64,000 nt of DNA. Origin: the human T2T-CHM13v2.0 reference genome, Homo sapiens. The notes under the pieces are model-generated. The model worked only from the letters and a program-made list of their open reading frames with translations, ran no database searches and was not told where the DNA came from. The stretch's first letter is position 1. Each line of letters opens with the position of its first letter. The stretch lies in the NCBI RefSeq assembly GCF_009914755.1, contig NC_060935.1; one strand, 5' to 3'. A program made the position numbers and the translations under genes. This document shows positions 1 to 14,600 of this stretch, piece after piece.

Positions 1-365
1 AGCAGAGCTGTGTTCCTTTCTGGAGGCTCTAGGAAATGATCCATTTTCTTCCCCTGTTTCGGTTTGTAGAAGTCAGTGGCATTCCTTGGCTGTAGCCCCT
101 TTCCTATCTTCAAAGCCAGCATCACAGCATCTTCAAGACCCTCACTCCACACTTCTGCCTCTTTCTTCTGTTTATAAGGGCCCCTGTGGTTATACTGGCC
201 CTAACTGGATAATCCAGAATAACCTCCCCTTTCAAGGTGTGCCAATTAGCAATCTTAATTTCATCTGCAACCTTAGTTCTTCTTTACCACATAACCTAAT
301 ACATTCACAGATTCCAGGGATTAGGATGCAGACATCTTTGGGGAATCATTAGTCTTCCTATCACA
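1..365 (-). mobile_element. MaLR LTR (MLT1C/D-like), cut by window edge
   Basis: MLT1 motifs GGATAATCCAGAATAACCTCCCC and CATTCACAGATTCCAGGGATTAGGA, ending ...CTATCACA (reverse of the TGTG start). Subfamily from recalled consensus. Confidence 0.75.
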
Positions 366-770
<405 letters not shown>

Positions 771-788
771 TACATGTAGTAAAAATAG

Positions 789-1109
789 TTGCTAATCTAT
801 GCTGGAGTTTACTTGAATGTCACTATGCTGATCGTCACCTTCAAGTACACACATATCTTCCATCATCCTGAGCTTGCCCTCTGCTATGTGTCTTTTTCCG
901 CAGTTGTCTTCCACCTGACAGCTGTCACCATTTTCTTTGGAGCTCTCTCTTACATGGACTTACAACCTGAATCTACTGTGTTTCAAGAGCAAGAAAAGCC
1001 AGCATCCATATTTTGTGGCATTATGACTCTCGTGTTAAACTTCCTTATCTACTGCCTGTGAAATTAGGAAGTAAAAGAAGCTCTACAGTTAACAAGGAAA
1101 AAGTATTAA
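789..1109 (+). pseudogene. OR5BQ1P: Olfactory receptor family 5 pseudogene fragment (TM5 to C-terminus)
   Basis: Translates ...[20 protein letters not shown]...QEKPASIFCGIMTLVLNFLIYCL*N*EVKEAL..KKY*, i.e. degenerate [11 protein letters not shown] and [16 protein letters not shown] motifs with in-frame stops. The symbol is tentative, from recalled cluster order only. Confidence 0.85.
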
Positions 1110-1164
1110 TACATGTAGACTGAGGGTAAATTATTAACACTGAGTGTCAGAAGTATCCTGTGGT

Positions 1165-1343
1165 GAGCGCCCTGCCATATTTGCTGATAGCATATTGGTC
1201 AAAGCAAGTTGCAAGGCCAACCCAAACCTGGATTCAAGGTGTTGGAGTAACAGGCTCTCCTGTCTGATGGAAAGATCTGCACCACTGCATCACGATGATG
1301 TGAATGTAACAAAAACTTGGGGACCATTTTTATAACCTACCAC
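1165..1343 (-). mobile_element. Old MaLR LTR fragment (MLT1J/K/L-like)
   Basis: ATTGGTCAAAGCAAGTTGCAAGGCCAACCCA..GATTCAAGG..., ending CTACCACA. Confidence 0.55.
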
Positions 1344-2007
1344 AACATGTTCTTACTAGAGTAAATTGTTTCTTAGCTGACACCCTAATCAGAATATGAA
1401 TCATCCTGCCACAGATGTTGATATGAGAAACAAACTGAATCTCTATAAAGGCACAATAATTTATATTTGCTCATTATTTTATACCCAGTGTCTACCAATT
1501 GTCAGGAATATATAAAGTGCTCACTAAGTAGTTGTTGAATTAATGAACAAAGAATTCAACAAATGAATTAATGAACAAAGTCAAGCCTCTTTGTTTGCCA
1601 GGAGGCTTTGGTCACTGGAAAGTCCAACAATGTGGTTTATGATGGGGCCTTTGGGACATGCCATATCAGTTCTGATTTCCAGAGAACGGGGGACAAAAGT
1701 CATTATGCTGATCCTCCAGAAAGGCTGGGAACTAACATCAATTACAGGAGCAGTATGCAATCGAGCCCTGATAAAAACCCTGAGCACCACAGGATCAGGT
1801 GAACTTCCTGGGTTGACCTGAAGCCAATATGTATGACAACTCCATGCATCAATTGCCATGCATTGATATGGCAAAAGCATGATGGAAACTTTATGTTTGC
1901 ACCCCTCTCAGACCTGGCCTTATGTTTCTCTTTGTTTGTTGGCTTAATTTGTATTCTTTGGCTATAATAAATCTATAATTGTATGTATAGTCTTAAACAA
2001 TTTCCTA

Positions 2008-2352
2008 ATGTCTTAATTCACATTCTATACTAAACAACCACAGACTAAGTGACTTATAATTAAAGGAGGCCAGGAACAGTCGCTCACACCTATAATCCCA
2101 GCACTTTGGGAGGCCGAGGTGGGTGGATCATGAGGTCAGGAGATCGAGACCATCCTGGCTAACATGGTGAAACCCCGTCTCTACTAAAAATACAAAAAAT
2201 TAGCCCAGCGTGGTGGCACATGCCTGTAGTCCCAGCTACTCAGGAGGCTGAGGCAGGAGAATGGCGTGAACCCAGGAGGCGGAGCTTGCAGTGAGCAGAG
2301 ATCACGTGACTGCACTCCAGCCTGGGCGACAGAGCGAGACTCTGTCTCAAAA

Positions 2353-2396
<44 letters not shown>

Positions 2397-4149
2397 GTAA
2401 AAGAAATTTATTTCTCACAGTTCTGGAGACCAGAACAATTCCACCCCTAACCCCCAAAATTAGTGTCCTGCTGACATGCAAAATACATTCATTCCTCTCC
2501 AACAGCCCCCAAAGCCTTAATTCATTCTATCTAAAGACTAAAATGTCAACTAAATATTATCTAAATTAGACATGAATGAGACTCAAAATGCAATTTATCC
2601 TGAGGCAAATTCTTTCTTCAGTTGTGAACCTGTAAAGCCAAACAAATTACATGCTTCCAAAGTGCAATGGTGGCATAGACATTTCCTTTCCAAAAGCAAA
2701 CCCACTGGAGCACAGGACACCCTTCCAGACCCACTGAGGTGGCAAAACTACCCCCACAGCTTGGGGAGGCACTGCCCATGCTTTGGCACTCTTCCATGGC
2801 CCCTAATGCTTCAGTTCTATTGGGTTGGGGATTGCACCACCACCAGGGTTTGGCAAGATACCCCAACCCAACTTTCTAGGTATTGGTCCCATTCTTTGGC
2901 AATCCCACCTCCTGGGCTCATGCATTCTAGGAATGGTGACCCTGATGATTTCTTAATTGCCTTCCAGGTTCTTTTTTCCTTGTCTTGAAAAATACTACAT
3001 GTATACACCCAGATACTTCTATAGTTCAGTACTGCAGGGTCTAAAAAGTCTTATAGGCTGTTTTCATTTTGTCCTATCTTCTCTGTTTCCTTTAGTCCTA
3101 TCTGGCAGTACTCCCACTGGCATAATCCCATCTCTATTCTTGTCTTTTGTTGAGATGACTGATTAAGCCTGTGATTCACATTCATACTAATCTTATCAAA
3201 TGGACACTTGGCCACAGCCTTCGTGTTCTCTTCCAAATACACTTTCTCACTTTTGCAATACGGATAGGCTAAGAATTTGATTTTCTAAATCTTTAAGTTC
3301 TGGTTCATTTTTTGCTTAAAGAACCATCTTGAAACCATTTCTCTCTTTTTGCATTTTATTATAAGCAGTCAGGAGAAACTAAGCTGTTCCTTCAATACTT
3401 TGTTTAGCAATCTTCTGCTCTCAACCTCTACCTTCCACAAAACCCAGAACATAAACACAAGTCAGCCAAGTTCTTTTCTACCTTATAACAAGGATCTCCT
3501 TTTCTCCATTTTCCAATAACATATTCCTCATTTTCATCTGAGACCTCATCAGAAGGGCCTTTACCTTCCATGTTTCTACCAACATTCTGTTCATGGTTAC
3601 CTACATATTCTCTAAGAATACAGAAACTTTCTGTATAGTTACCTTTTCTTACTGCGCCCTCACCAAAATGCCTTTAAAAGTCTGTTCACATAAATCTAGG
3701 CTTCTTCTAAGATGCACCTAAAAACTCTTCTAGGATCTACCTATTTCCCAGTTCCAAAGCAGATTTCTACAATATTAGGAATTTCTAATGGGCGGCACCA
3801 CCCCTTATACCAACTTCTATCCTAATCAGTTCAGGCTGCTATAGGAAATTAGCATAGATTGGGTGGTCTTATAAATAAAAGAAATTTATTTCCAATTCTG
3901 GAAGTAGGAAATCCAAGATCAGGGTGCCAGCATGGTCAAGTTCTGATGAGGGGCCTCTTCGGGTTTTCAGGATACTCAAAGAAGGCAAGAGAGCTCTCTG
4001 GGTTCTCTTTCATAAGGAAACACATCTCAGTCAGAAGAGCTCTACCCTCATGACTTTATCTTCCAAAATCCTTACCTCCTGAATCACCAATTGAGGCTTC
4101 AGAGTCAACAGATGAATTCTGAGGGAATACAAAAATTCAGTCCATAACA
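2008..4149 (-). mobile_element. MaLR provirus remnant (MLT1A/MST-type): partial LTR, internal region, LTR (about 3817-4149)
   Basis: The LTR motif AGAAATTTATTT..TTCTGGA occurs at both about 2402 and about 3880. MaLR internal signature CCCCAAAATTAGTGTCCT..ACATGCAAAATACATTCATTCC..CAACAGCCCCCAAAG. The LTR ends CAGTCCATAACA. Confidence 0.75.
2068..2396 (+). mobile_element. AluY with (AAT)n tail
   Basis: Y diagnostics GAGATCGAGACCATCCTGGCTAAC, GAATGGCGTGAACC and GCGGAGCTTGCAG. The tail is converted to (AAT)n at about 2352-2396. Confidence 0.93.
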
Positions 4150-4204
4150 GCTGAATTTTTGAGTCACTCTAGTGAAGTATCAAACCTGAGGGTGAGTGTG
4201 TAGT

Positions 4205-4672
4205 GAGAATTGCTCCCTCAGAAGACAGGTTTCTAAGCTCCTCGAGGGAAGTTTCCAAGGCCGCAGAGACCGGGAGCAAGAATAGCGAAATACAAAAGGA
4301 GAAAATCCAGCAATGGAGGAATTACTTTGCTGGTATACACTCCGGAAAACTGGAACTTGATCCTACAGGGGATTCTGATAAAATATGTGGAATGTCCTTC
4401 AGAATTATTCTTCTAAAAGACAGGAACTTAAGACATTTTTTCAACTCCCCTCACCCAGTGGTTTGGGATTGCCCAAGGATTTTAACATCCTCACGCACCT
4501 GTGGTGGCCCTGATGAGTGATCTTTAATGTTTTCAGAGATATTTCTGAGGCAGAGAAGCAGAGAGATGTTATAGAAGATGGACTGCTGGTAGCACAGACA
4601 AAACTGTCTACCACAGATGCACTGAAATCAAGTACTAAGGAAGTGCGGTACAAGACACAAAGATATCTGCTA
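4205..4672 (-). mobile_element. Ancient ERVL-class LTR (LTR33-like)
   Basis: Degenerate similarity to recalled LTR33 (TCAACTCCCC..TGGTTTGGGATTGC..TGAGGCAGAGAAGCAGAGAG..ATCTGCTA). Confidence 0.4.
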
Positions 4673-6120
4673 ATCTATGTAACACAGTTCTAGCAAATAA
4701 GATGTACGTAAAAGTCTGCTGGGGAGTTTGCAGAAGGCATTATATATGTATATCATATATATCTGTCAAGGGTATATATGTGGTGTCACCCTGCTGTCTT
4801 TGTCCCTGTTTTTCTTTCTTTGAAAGAGAATGTGACATCTAGAGCTGAGATAAATTTACATTAAATTTAGATTCTTTCAGAAAACCAGGCTTATTGCTGA
4901 TTGTGGTGACAGGGATGATTAACTAGACCTAAAAATAATTTCTTAGATATATAAAAACATGCTCATCCTCATTCTTAACAAGAAAAAAAAGCAGCTGTTC
5001 TCTAACAAGACAGCTCTTTAAAAAAAGAAGAAGTCCCTAATGACAGTAACATTGGGAAAAAAATAGGCCCTCTAGAAAGTTTAAATTTTTGTCAGCATGA
5101 AATATGTAGTGAACATTGTTTTTCCAAATTGCATCTCAGCCACCGAAACCTCGAATCTCAAGAAAGTGAATATCGATCTCTTAGGCCCAACTATAAACAC
5201 CTGATAGTGAATAACCAAACAGAGATAGGCCATGGTGGGTTATCAGGCTGCACAGTGGCAGAAAGAGACTCTGGAAGCAATCTGGGGGGAAATAAAACAA
5301 AGCAAAGCGCATCTTCGGCATCAGCCATGTATCAATGTTATCATTGCAGTGTGTGCAGGTAATGGTAGAGCAAGAATCAGAGCCTAAGTGCTAGCATGTT
5401 TCACCCCAAAAACAGGAGGAGTCACTTCATCCCTGGTGGTGTGATGAAAATGGAGTGAGGGAACTAAATCGGGCTGTGTTGCCTGGAAATTACATGAATT
5501 AACAAATGATTGACTTATTGAATTAATGAGTGAATATAATATGCCCTTAATGCATTATTTGCATGTATTATTATGACTAATTTTGAGCATCCATTCAATA
5601 CTTTCCTTGTGCTGGGACGTTCACGTGAATCAGCTGCTTGTCATTATAATCAGGATTCTAGGTTAAGTGGACCCTGACTTTTTCTAGCTTCCTCTGACGA
5701 GTGCTTTTACCCACTGGATGGAAGGAAGCCCCCTTGAAAGACCTGCATTTCATATATTTTATAGCAAATTTACCTGAGGAGGCAACTTATACAAGCTTAT
5801 TGGCCCTCAGCCCTAAGTGTAGACTTGAAAAGAATTGTTTCTTTTTCCTAGAGTTAACCCACTCTGCTTATTTCTTAAGATAGTGGAAAGGGCCAGAGAA
5901 GCCCATATCAACACCCAGCTTAGCTTGCTAGATACCCCATCAATAAAGGCACATTCTTACCTGAAACAAATCACTTCATCTTTGCAGCTACAGCTCTACC
6001 TGGCATTACTGACATCAGAATAAAGGATTCCAGTACTGATGTATTGGGGATGTGATTTTTTTCTTCTATGACCAATTTCTACTATTATACAATATTTAAG
6101 ATGTACAAATATATATTTTA

Positions 6121-6581
<461 letters not shown>

Positions 6582-6582
6582 A

Positions 6583-6617
<35 letters not shown>

Positions 6618-6640
6618 TATATATACACACACATATATTT
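6582..6640. repeat. (TA)n/(CA)n compound microsatellite
   Basis: Directly visible. Confidence 0.9.
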
Positions 6641-6699
6641 ATAATCATTTAACAACAACTCATGTAGCTTGCCATCTAACTTCGGCAACTTGCTTTTTA

Positions 6700-7500
6700 T
6701 TACTTAGCATTCCATTTGAAAGATGTATCCATGCAGATGCTGTAGCACCATTTAACTAGCTTATTTAATAGCTCGTATTTTTTTCTATGACTATGCTATA
6801 AACATTCTTGCGGGTATATCTATGTATACACATGTTCATAGATATTTGTATATCCTTCTATATGTGGTCATGAATTTTTCAAGAATATGTACCTACACTG
6901 GAAATTCTGGACCACAGAAAGGCATACATTTAATTTTACTGATATTTCCAAATTTGTTTCCAACATGACTGTACTAATTCTCCTTCCCAGCAGAAATATG
7001 TGAATCCCTGTGGCTCCACATTACTCATCAAAAATTGGCATTTCAGATTGTTGAGCATAAGACTGTATTTCAATGAAGTATTAATATGAAATTACCTGAT
7101 TACTAGTGAGTTGTTCATCTTTTCACATTTCTGTTGGTCATTTGGGTTTTCTTTTCTATAATTATCTGGTTTATGTCCTTTGTGAATTTTTCAAGTTTAT
7201 TTATAGAAATTATTTATATGTACTAGACACTAAATTTTTATTTTTTTTAAGTTTTGTGGCTACATATTTTTTGGCATTTATATGTGTTTAAAATAAATTT
7301 ACCTGAGTAAATTTCCAACGTGAGTAAATTTCCAGTCACTATCCAGTCTTTTCTCTTTCATAATATTGATATTTTTATTTTAATATGGTTGAATTTTCAA
7401 TGTTTTACGATTTGTGCTTTTATGTCTTCTTACATTTTATCTGTATATCTAAGTCATAGGTATTCAACATAGTTGATTCTAGTGTTTTTGTGGGTTAATT
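6700..7500 (-). mobile_element. Ancient L1ME-type fragment
   Basis: Degenerate antisense L1 3' region (GCTATAAACATTCTTG..., TCCCAGCAG..., TGATTACTAGTGAGTTG..CATCTTTTCA). Confidence 0.5.
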
Positions 7501-7548
7501 TTAAAATAGAAAATCAAATCATTTAATATTTTGAAATTTAAATATTTG

Positions 7549-7550
<2 letters not shown>

Positions 7551-7584
<34 letters not shown>
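7551..7584. repeat. (CA)17 microsatellite
   Basis: Directly visible. Confidence 0.95.
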
Positions 7585-7585
<1 letters not shown>

Positions 7586-8890
7586 AACTACTAAATAATG
7601 TCTTTCCTGTTAGCTTTCTTTAAAAAAAAAAATATTGAGAAACCACAAAAATATCAGGTTATATGTATGGTATAAAGTATTATGATTCAGCAAGCATCAG
7701 GTAGCAGCAACACACTATAAGAAGGAAAATAAGTTTTATCATTGCATTTGTATCCACAGGGAAAATGAACTAGAGAAAGGAATGAACTTCATTCCTTTTT
7801 TTTTTCAAGAGAACAAATCATAAAACAAAAAATGATCAATTATCATTTCAAGTTTAATAATTTCTGGTCCATGAAAAGCATATTATAGACAAAGTTAATA
7901 GATAATACAATGTTTGGAAATTTTTGTCAAGTCAACTGATAAGTTAAAAAGAACATTTATAAATCAACTCAATAGAAATATTTGTAAAAAAATAGGAACA
8001 GGCAAATTACAGAACAATAGAATTCCAAAATTCTAAGAAGGATATTACATTTGCAGTTAGAGGAAAAAATTAAAATGGTATGCTACTTTACACCTGTTTT
8101 GTGGCCCAAGAAAAGAAAAAAGTAAAAATACCAGTGTTCACAAGGAAGTGTGGATATCGGAATTCCCACACGCAATTAGTAAGACTGTTTACTGGTGCCT
8201 CCATTGTGGAAAGTGATCTGCAATGCTTGTCAAGTTAAATGTGGGCATATCCTCAGATTCAACAATTTTGTCTCTAGGAGTACATCACTGAGAAATTTTC
8301 ACACTGAGTTACTTGTATTGGAGACAAATTGTAAGCAATTTGGTATCTATCCATAACTGGATAACAGATTGGGAATTATTTTTAAAATAAGATCATTTGG
8401 CACAGATACTTGGATAAATACTTCCGTGAAGAGTTCTACATAGCCATGAGTCATGATGGCCATGGTGGAGTTAGTAAGAAGGGGAAAAGGGTAAAATGAA
8501 AATATGGAGATAAGTTGAAACAAGGTCATATAGAACCCTAAGAAGAAGTCAAGATTTTTAGATATAAAATTACTATTTAGGTAAATTGAGATATTTTAAT
8601 TAAAATATAAAGAACATAAAAGAAGTCATAATTAAATAAAAGAATATTTCATAGATTTCTTAACCGATATATTTTTGAATTGCCAATCAGTTTGTACCCT
8701 GGGAATATAGCAACTGCTCCATTGCAATTTGTACAAACTGTAGATGAAATTCTAAGCTGGCTGTCAAGTTTCAGCCTTTAAAATAGAAGTCAATCATGTC
8801 ACAGAAAGTACATGCTGACCCCACTATGAAACCAAATATTAAGACATTTCCAAATCTGAAATAAGTTAAAAGATAACAATGATTTTAGCT

Positions 8891-8928
8891 TTCTCTTTCT
8901 ATTTGCTTCTTTCTTTGCATATTTTCAG
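8891..8928 (+). promoter_or_regulatory. Candidate 3' splice acceptor of the OR 5'UTR intron
   Basis: Long polypyrimidine tract TTCTCTTTCTATTTGCTTCTTTCTTTGCATATTTT followed by CAG (8926-8928), 14 nt before ATG 8943. This is the usual OR gene architecture. Confidence 0.55.
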
Positions 8929-8951
8929 CTGATATTTAATCTATGCTAGCC

Positions 8952-9879
8952 ATGGAACAAAATAATGGCACTGAAGTGACTGAATTCATTCTCCTGGGAT
9001 TTGCTGGTCAACACAAGTCTTGGCATATCCTCTCCATAGCATTTCTAGCAATCTATGTGGTTACCCCAGTAGGTAATATTGGAATGATCCTACTTATCAA
9101 AATTGATGCTTCTCTTCATATCCCCATGTAAATTTTCCTCCAACACTTGGCATTTGTTGATCTCTGTTACACCTCTGGTATCACTCCCAAGATGTTGAAA
9201 AACTTTGTAGAAACAAAAAAATCTATCTCATGTATAGGATGTATGGTGCAATTACTAGTTTATGGTACTTTGCAACAAGTGACTGCTACATCCTGGCTGC
9301 TATGGCAGTAGACCGTTATGTGGCCTTCTGTAACCCACTCCATTATCCAGGGGTTATGTCCCAGAGACTCTGCATTAAGCTATTAGTTAGTTCATATGTC
9401 ATGGGTTTCCTAAATGCCTCTATAAACATAAGTTTCACTTTCTCATTGAACTTCTGCAAATCCAAAACAATTAATCACTTTTTCTGTGATGAACCTCCAA
9501 TTATTGCCCTACCATGCTCCAATATTGACCTCAACATCATGTTATTAACAGTATTTGTGGGATTAAATTTGATGTGCACTGTGATGGTGGTCATCATTTC
9601 CTGCATATATGTCCTGGTTGCCATCCTGAGGATATCTTCTGCTGCAGGGAAGAAAAAAGTCTCTCTACATGTGCCTCCCACCTGACAGCAGTCACCATTT
9701 TCTATGGGGTTCTCTCTTACATGTATCTATGCCATCGTATTAATGAGTCTCAAAAACAAGAAAAAGTGGCCTCTGTGTTTTATGGCATTATTATTCCCAT
9801 GTTAAACCCCTTGATTTACAGCCAGAGAAACCAAGATGTGATTGAAGCCATAAAACTAACAGAAAAAAAGTATTTCTAA
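8952..9879 (+). pseudogene. OR5AK4P: Full-length olfactory receptor pseudogene, OR5AK subfamily
   Basis: MEQNNGTEVTEFILLG..GN..LHIPM* (TAA at 9129 replaces the PMY Tyr), then LQHLAFVDLCYTS..PKML, a -1 frameshift at about 9268, FATSDCY..MAVDRYVAFCNPLHY..NHFFCD, a -1 frameshift in the A-run at about 9655, and [28 protein letters not shown]. Length 928 nt = 930 minus 2. Closely resembles recalled OR5AK2. In-frame upstream ATG at 8943. Confidence 0.92.
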
Positions 9880-11679
9880 TTTGAACTTTGATTTCTATCT
9901 CAACATGGCTCAACAAGCCAGCCAACAGTGCTCTTATTTCTCAATCTCAGAAAATATGACAAATGTCTATAAGACAGAAATGCATTACTTAATTATATCA
10001 ATAGCATTTGAAAGATAGAGAAAAACATTTGGAATGATTAAATAAACAAACTTCTAATCCATGTGTTCCTTAAAGAAAATGTGTCTAAAACAATATCTTT
10101 GAAATTGCATCCATACATTTTAATGAGGCTTTTTTGAGATATCTGTCATCAAAAAAATAGTAAAGTAAATCAATGAGAAGTGCATAATCAATGTTGTGTA
10201 AGGACTTCCATTAAATAGAGTATAAAGACTCAGCAGGGGGTAGAGGGAATCTTTTCTTTTCTTCTCTTGAGAGGTATTTTTCTCTACAGCCAATCTATTT
10301 GTAACTGTAAAGTAAAATTTGAAAGATTATTTCTTTGGATAATATATGCAGAAAAGAAGGAAGGAAAGGAAAGACAGTGGAGTAAATCTTCACGGATATT
10401 GGAGTATTAGGGACAAATATCCATCTTTTCCCTAGTTTCCCTGACAAATTAGGAAATCAATGCAGGAGTCAGAAAAATATAGAGCATATCAATTTTGTCA
10501 TTGGTAAATATAACTTCAATATTCAGCTATACCTTCTTGCAAGTGTACATCTTAGGAAAACAACATACCATGCAGAGTCTGGTGCTACCGAGCAGGCTCA
10601 TTTACCCAGAATTCATACCTTATATCCATCAATTCCCAACAATGAGAATTAATGCAGAATTATAGGCTTAAATCTAGAACTTAAATATGGGATCAGACTT
10701 TAGTGTTCCCGTTGTAAAAAAGTAAAATAAAATATGTGTATTAAAACATACACAGATGTGTATGTATTATGTGAAATATATGCACATATATGTGTATATA
10801 TATGATATACATATATATATTATATACATGCAGGAGATATATGATTACAGGAGATAAAACCCAAAACTGAGAAACTCAAGAGCTTATACAGCATTGATAG
10901 TGACCTGCTCATCCTCCCCTCTATTGAAAGAAACCTTATTTTCACTCTAAAATGTAAGCAAATCTCCAGATAGGAAAGGACAAGTCTTTATTTACCTCCT
11001 GGACCATCTCTGGAGAGAGAGGCATCTCTAAGTTTTATTATCCTGATATATCTCCTCATGCAAACCTTCTTAAATGTAATGACTATAAATGCCTTTGCTC
11101 ATAGAAATAGGCTGTGAAGAAATGTGAATTATTCTTTGAGAATCTGTGTACCAAATAATATAGCTTTAATAGTCACAGAATTTAAAAAAGAAGAAGAAAC
11201 AGAAAATAAATGGGCAAAAGATACACAATAGTAGTAGCAAATGCTACTTCGTCTCTTCCAATTCATGACAGACCAACTTGAGAAAAAAACTTTAGAATTA
11301 AGTTATAGAAGTTATGTTATATAATTAAAAAGATAAATCAAATTCATATATAGGAACTTTGTTTTGTTCAAACCTACTGACCAAACAGGGCTGTAGTCCA
11401 AATTTTAGGTTTATTTTCCTTTTGCAGCACACACTCCACAGAGCTGTAAGTATCTCAGTAAGAGAAATATGAAAGGGGATTTTCATAGAGTATGGGCTTT
11501 GCTGCATGAATCCAAGAATGAAGGAAGGAATCAGTGGCTCTCTGTAGATTTGGATACTCTGAGGAGTAGGGAAAACTCAGAAATTAGATATTTTAATATG
11601 CATTGCTCAAGAGGTGGGAAGAACAAAACAGAAATGATCATGCTATTGATGAGAAAGCAGTAGTCATTCAGAAGTGAAA

Positions 11680-14600
11680 AACTATAGCATAAAATGTGGG
11701 GTAGGGGAGAAGTAAAAATTTAGAGTTTAATATGCAATTGGAATTAAGTTGTTATGAGTTTAAATTAGAATATTATGACTCTAAGATGTTTTATGTAAGG
11801 CCCGTGATAACTACAAAGTAAAAGCCTCTAGTAGATACAGAAATGACTTTTTAAAAAGGAATCAAAGCATAACACCACAAAAATTTAGCAAATTACAAAG
11901 ACATACAGTAAGAATTGAAAAAAGGAATAAACAGACTACAAGTCAGTGAACAAGTAACAAAACAGCAGTAGTAAGCCCTTGCCTGTCAATAATTACTTTA
12001 AATGTAAGTGGATTAACTTCTCTAATCAAAAGACACAAAATGGCATAATAGATTAAAAAACAAGATCCAACAATACGCTCTCTACAAGAGACTGATTTTA
12101 GACTTAAGGACACACATGGACTGAAAGTGAAAGGATAGAAAAAGATATTTCATGCAAACAGTAAATAAAAGAGAGCAGTGGTAGCTATATTTACATGAGA
12201 TAAAATAGAATTCCAGTCAAAATCTGTCATAAGAGACAAAGAAAGTGAATATTTGATGATAAAGGGGTCAATTCACTAAGAGGCTATAACAATTGTAAAT
12301 ATATATGCACTCAACATTAAGGTATCTAAAGATACAAAGCAAATATTAACATCCCTGAAGGAAGAAACAGATAGCAATGGAATAATAGTGGAGGACTTCA
12401 TCACTTCACTTTCAACTATGGATAGGTCATCCAGACAGAAAATCAATAAGGAACAGCAAATCTGTGGACTTGATCTATAGTATGGGCCAAATTGACCTAA
12501 TAGATATATATAAAACATTCTATCCATCAGAAATGGCATATACATTCTTTGCAAGCACATACAGAGCATTCTCTGGGATAGATCATATGCTAAGCCACAA
12601 GATGAGTCTTAACAAACGTAAGAAGATTGAAATCATCTCAAGTATCTTTTCTGACCATAATGGTACAAAACTAAAAATCAATAGCAGGAGGGATTTTGGA
12701 AACTTTACGAATATGTGGAAATTTAAAAACACACTCCTAACAACCAATGAGTCAAAAAAAGAGATCAGAAGGAAATTTTTTTTAAATCTTGAGACAAATT
12801 AAAATAGAATACCACATACCAAAACTTATGGGATGCAGCAAAAGCAGTGCTAAAAGGAAGTGTATAGTATTAAGGACCGACATTAAGAAAAAAAAAAAAA
12901 GAAACCTTAAGCCACCTAACTTTACACGTCAAGGAACTAGAAAACTAAGAGCAACTAAACCCAAAGTCAGCAGAAGGAAAGAAATAATGTAGATTAGAGC
13001 AGAAATAAATGAAATAGACATGAGAAATGCAATAGAAAATATCAACAAAACTGAGTTGGTTTTTTGAAAAGACAAATGCTATTAACTAGCTTTTAACAAA
13101 ACTGACCAAGAAAAAATGAGAGAAGATTCAAATAAAATTACAAATGAAAAAGGAGACATTACAACTGTTATCACAGAAATACAAAGAATCAGAGACTACT
13201 ATGAATAATTATACATCAATAAACTGGTTAACTTAGAAGAAATATACAAATTTCTAGAACATATCACCTGCCAAGACTAAATCATGAAGATATAGAAAGT
13301 CCAAATAGGCCAGAAGGAGTAAGAAGATTGAATCAGCAATCAAAAATCTCCCAAGAAAGTAAAGCCCAGGACCAGGTGGTTTCTTGAGTATATTCTACCA
13401 AGCATTTAAAGAAATGATGCCCATTCTTCTCAAACTCTTCCAGAAAAAGCAGAGAAGAAGGAATATTTCCAAACTGATTTTATGAGGCCAGCATTACCCT
13501 AATACAAATGCCAGACACAAACACTACATGAAAAGAAAGTTAAAGGCCACATCCTTGGTGAATATGCACGCAAAAATCATCAATAAAATGTTAGCAAACT
13601 GAATTCAACAGCACATTAAATTCATCAAGTGGGATTTACTCTTAGGATGCAAGGATGTTTCAACATATGCAAAACAATAAATAAGATACACTACATTAAC
13701 AGAATAAAGGATTAAAATCATACGGTCATCTCAATTGATACAGAAAAAGCATTTGACAAAATTCAATGGTGTTTTATGGTAAAAGTCTCAACAAAGTAGG
13801 TGTAGAAGCAATGTGTCTCAAAATAATAAAAGCCATGTATGACAAGCCCACAGTCTACATCATACTTAATGGTAAAAAGATGAAAGATTGTCCTTTAAGA
13901 TAAGGAACAATACAAGGATGCCCATTCTTGCCATTTATATTCACCACAGTACTGGAAGTTATAGCTGTTGCAATTAGGCAAAAAAAAAAGAAATGAAATT
14001 ATCCAAATTGAAAAGGAAGAAATCAAAGTGTCTCTGCAAATGACATGATCTTATATAGAGAAAACTCTAAAGACTCTACACACAAAAAAAAAACTGATAA
14101 AAGTAATAAATTCAGGAAAGTTACAGCATAAAAAATAGACACAGAAAAGTCATTAGTGTTTCTATACACTAACAATAAACTATTCAAAAAGGAAACTAAC
14201 AACATTATTCCATTTACAATGGCATCAAAAAGAATACAATACTTAAAGAATACATTTAACAAGGAGGTAAAAGATCTGTACATTGAAAATATGAGATATT
14301 GATGAAAAAACTGAAGACAAAAAAAAGTGGAAAGATATTCTGTGTTCATGGAAAGGAATAATTAATATCACTAAGATGTCCATATTACCCAAAGTAGTCT
14401 ACAGATTTAATGCAGTCTCTGTCAAAATTCTGATGACATTTTTTGCAGAAATAGAAAAAACAATCCTAAAATTTATAAGCCACAAAAGACCTCCAATAGT
14501 CAAAGAAATCTTGAGTAAAAAGAATAAACCTAGAGGCATCACACTCAATAATTTCAAATTATAACACAAAGCTACAGTAATCAAAACAGTATGGTACTGA

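Larger units (their letters stand above)
1585..4200 (+). mobile_element. MER21-like LTR split by a MaLR provirus (pieces about 1585-1992 and 4150-4200)
   Basis: GAGCCCTGATAAAAACCCTGAGCACC..GGTGAACTTCCTGGG..ATAATAAA.. resumes at about 4150 as TGAGTCACTCTAGTGAAGTATCAAACCTGAGGGTG. Confidence 0.55.

Noticed and set aside
2291-2569. ORF with a poly-Ile run
   Set aside because: Translation of an Alu end and its (AAT)n tail.
8696-8705. O/E-like CCCTGGGA upstream of the OR5AK pseudogene
   Set aside because: A single short motif in the presumed intron with no supporting context.
10550-11670. Probable ancient LTR and L1ME fragments
   Set aside because: Too degenerate to assign family or boundaries by eye.
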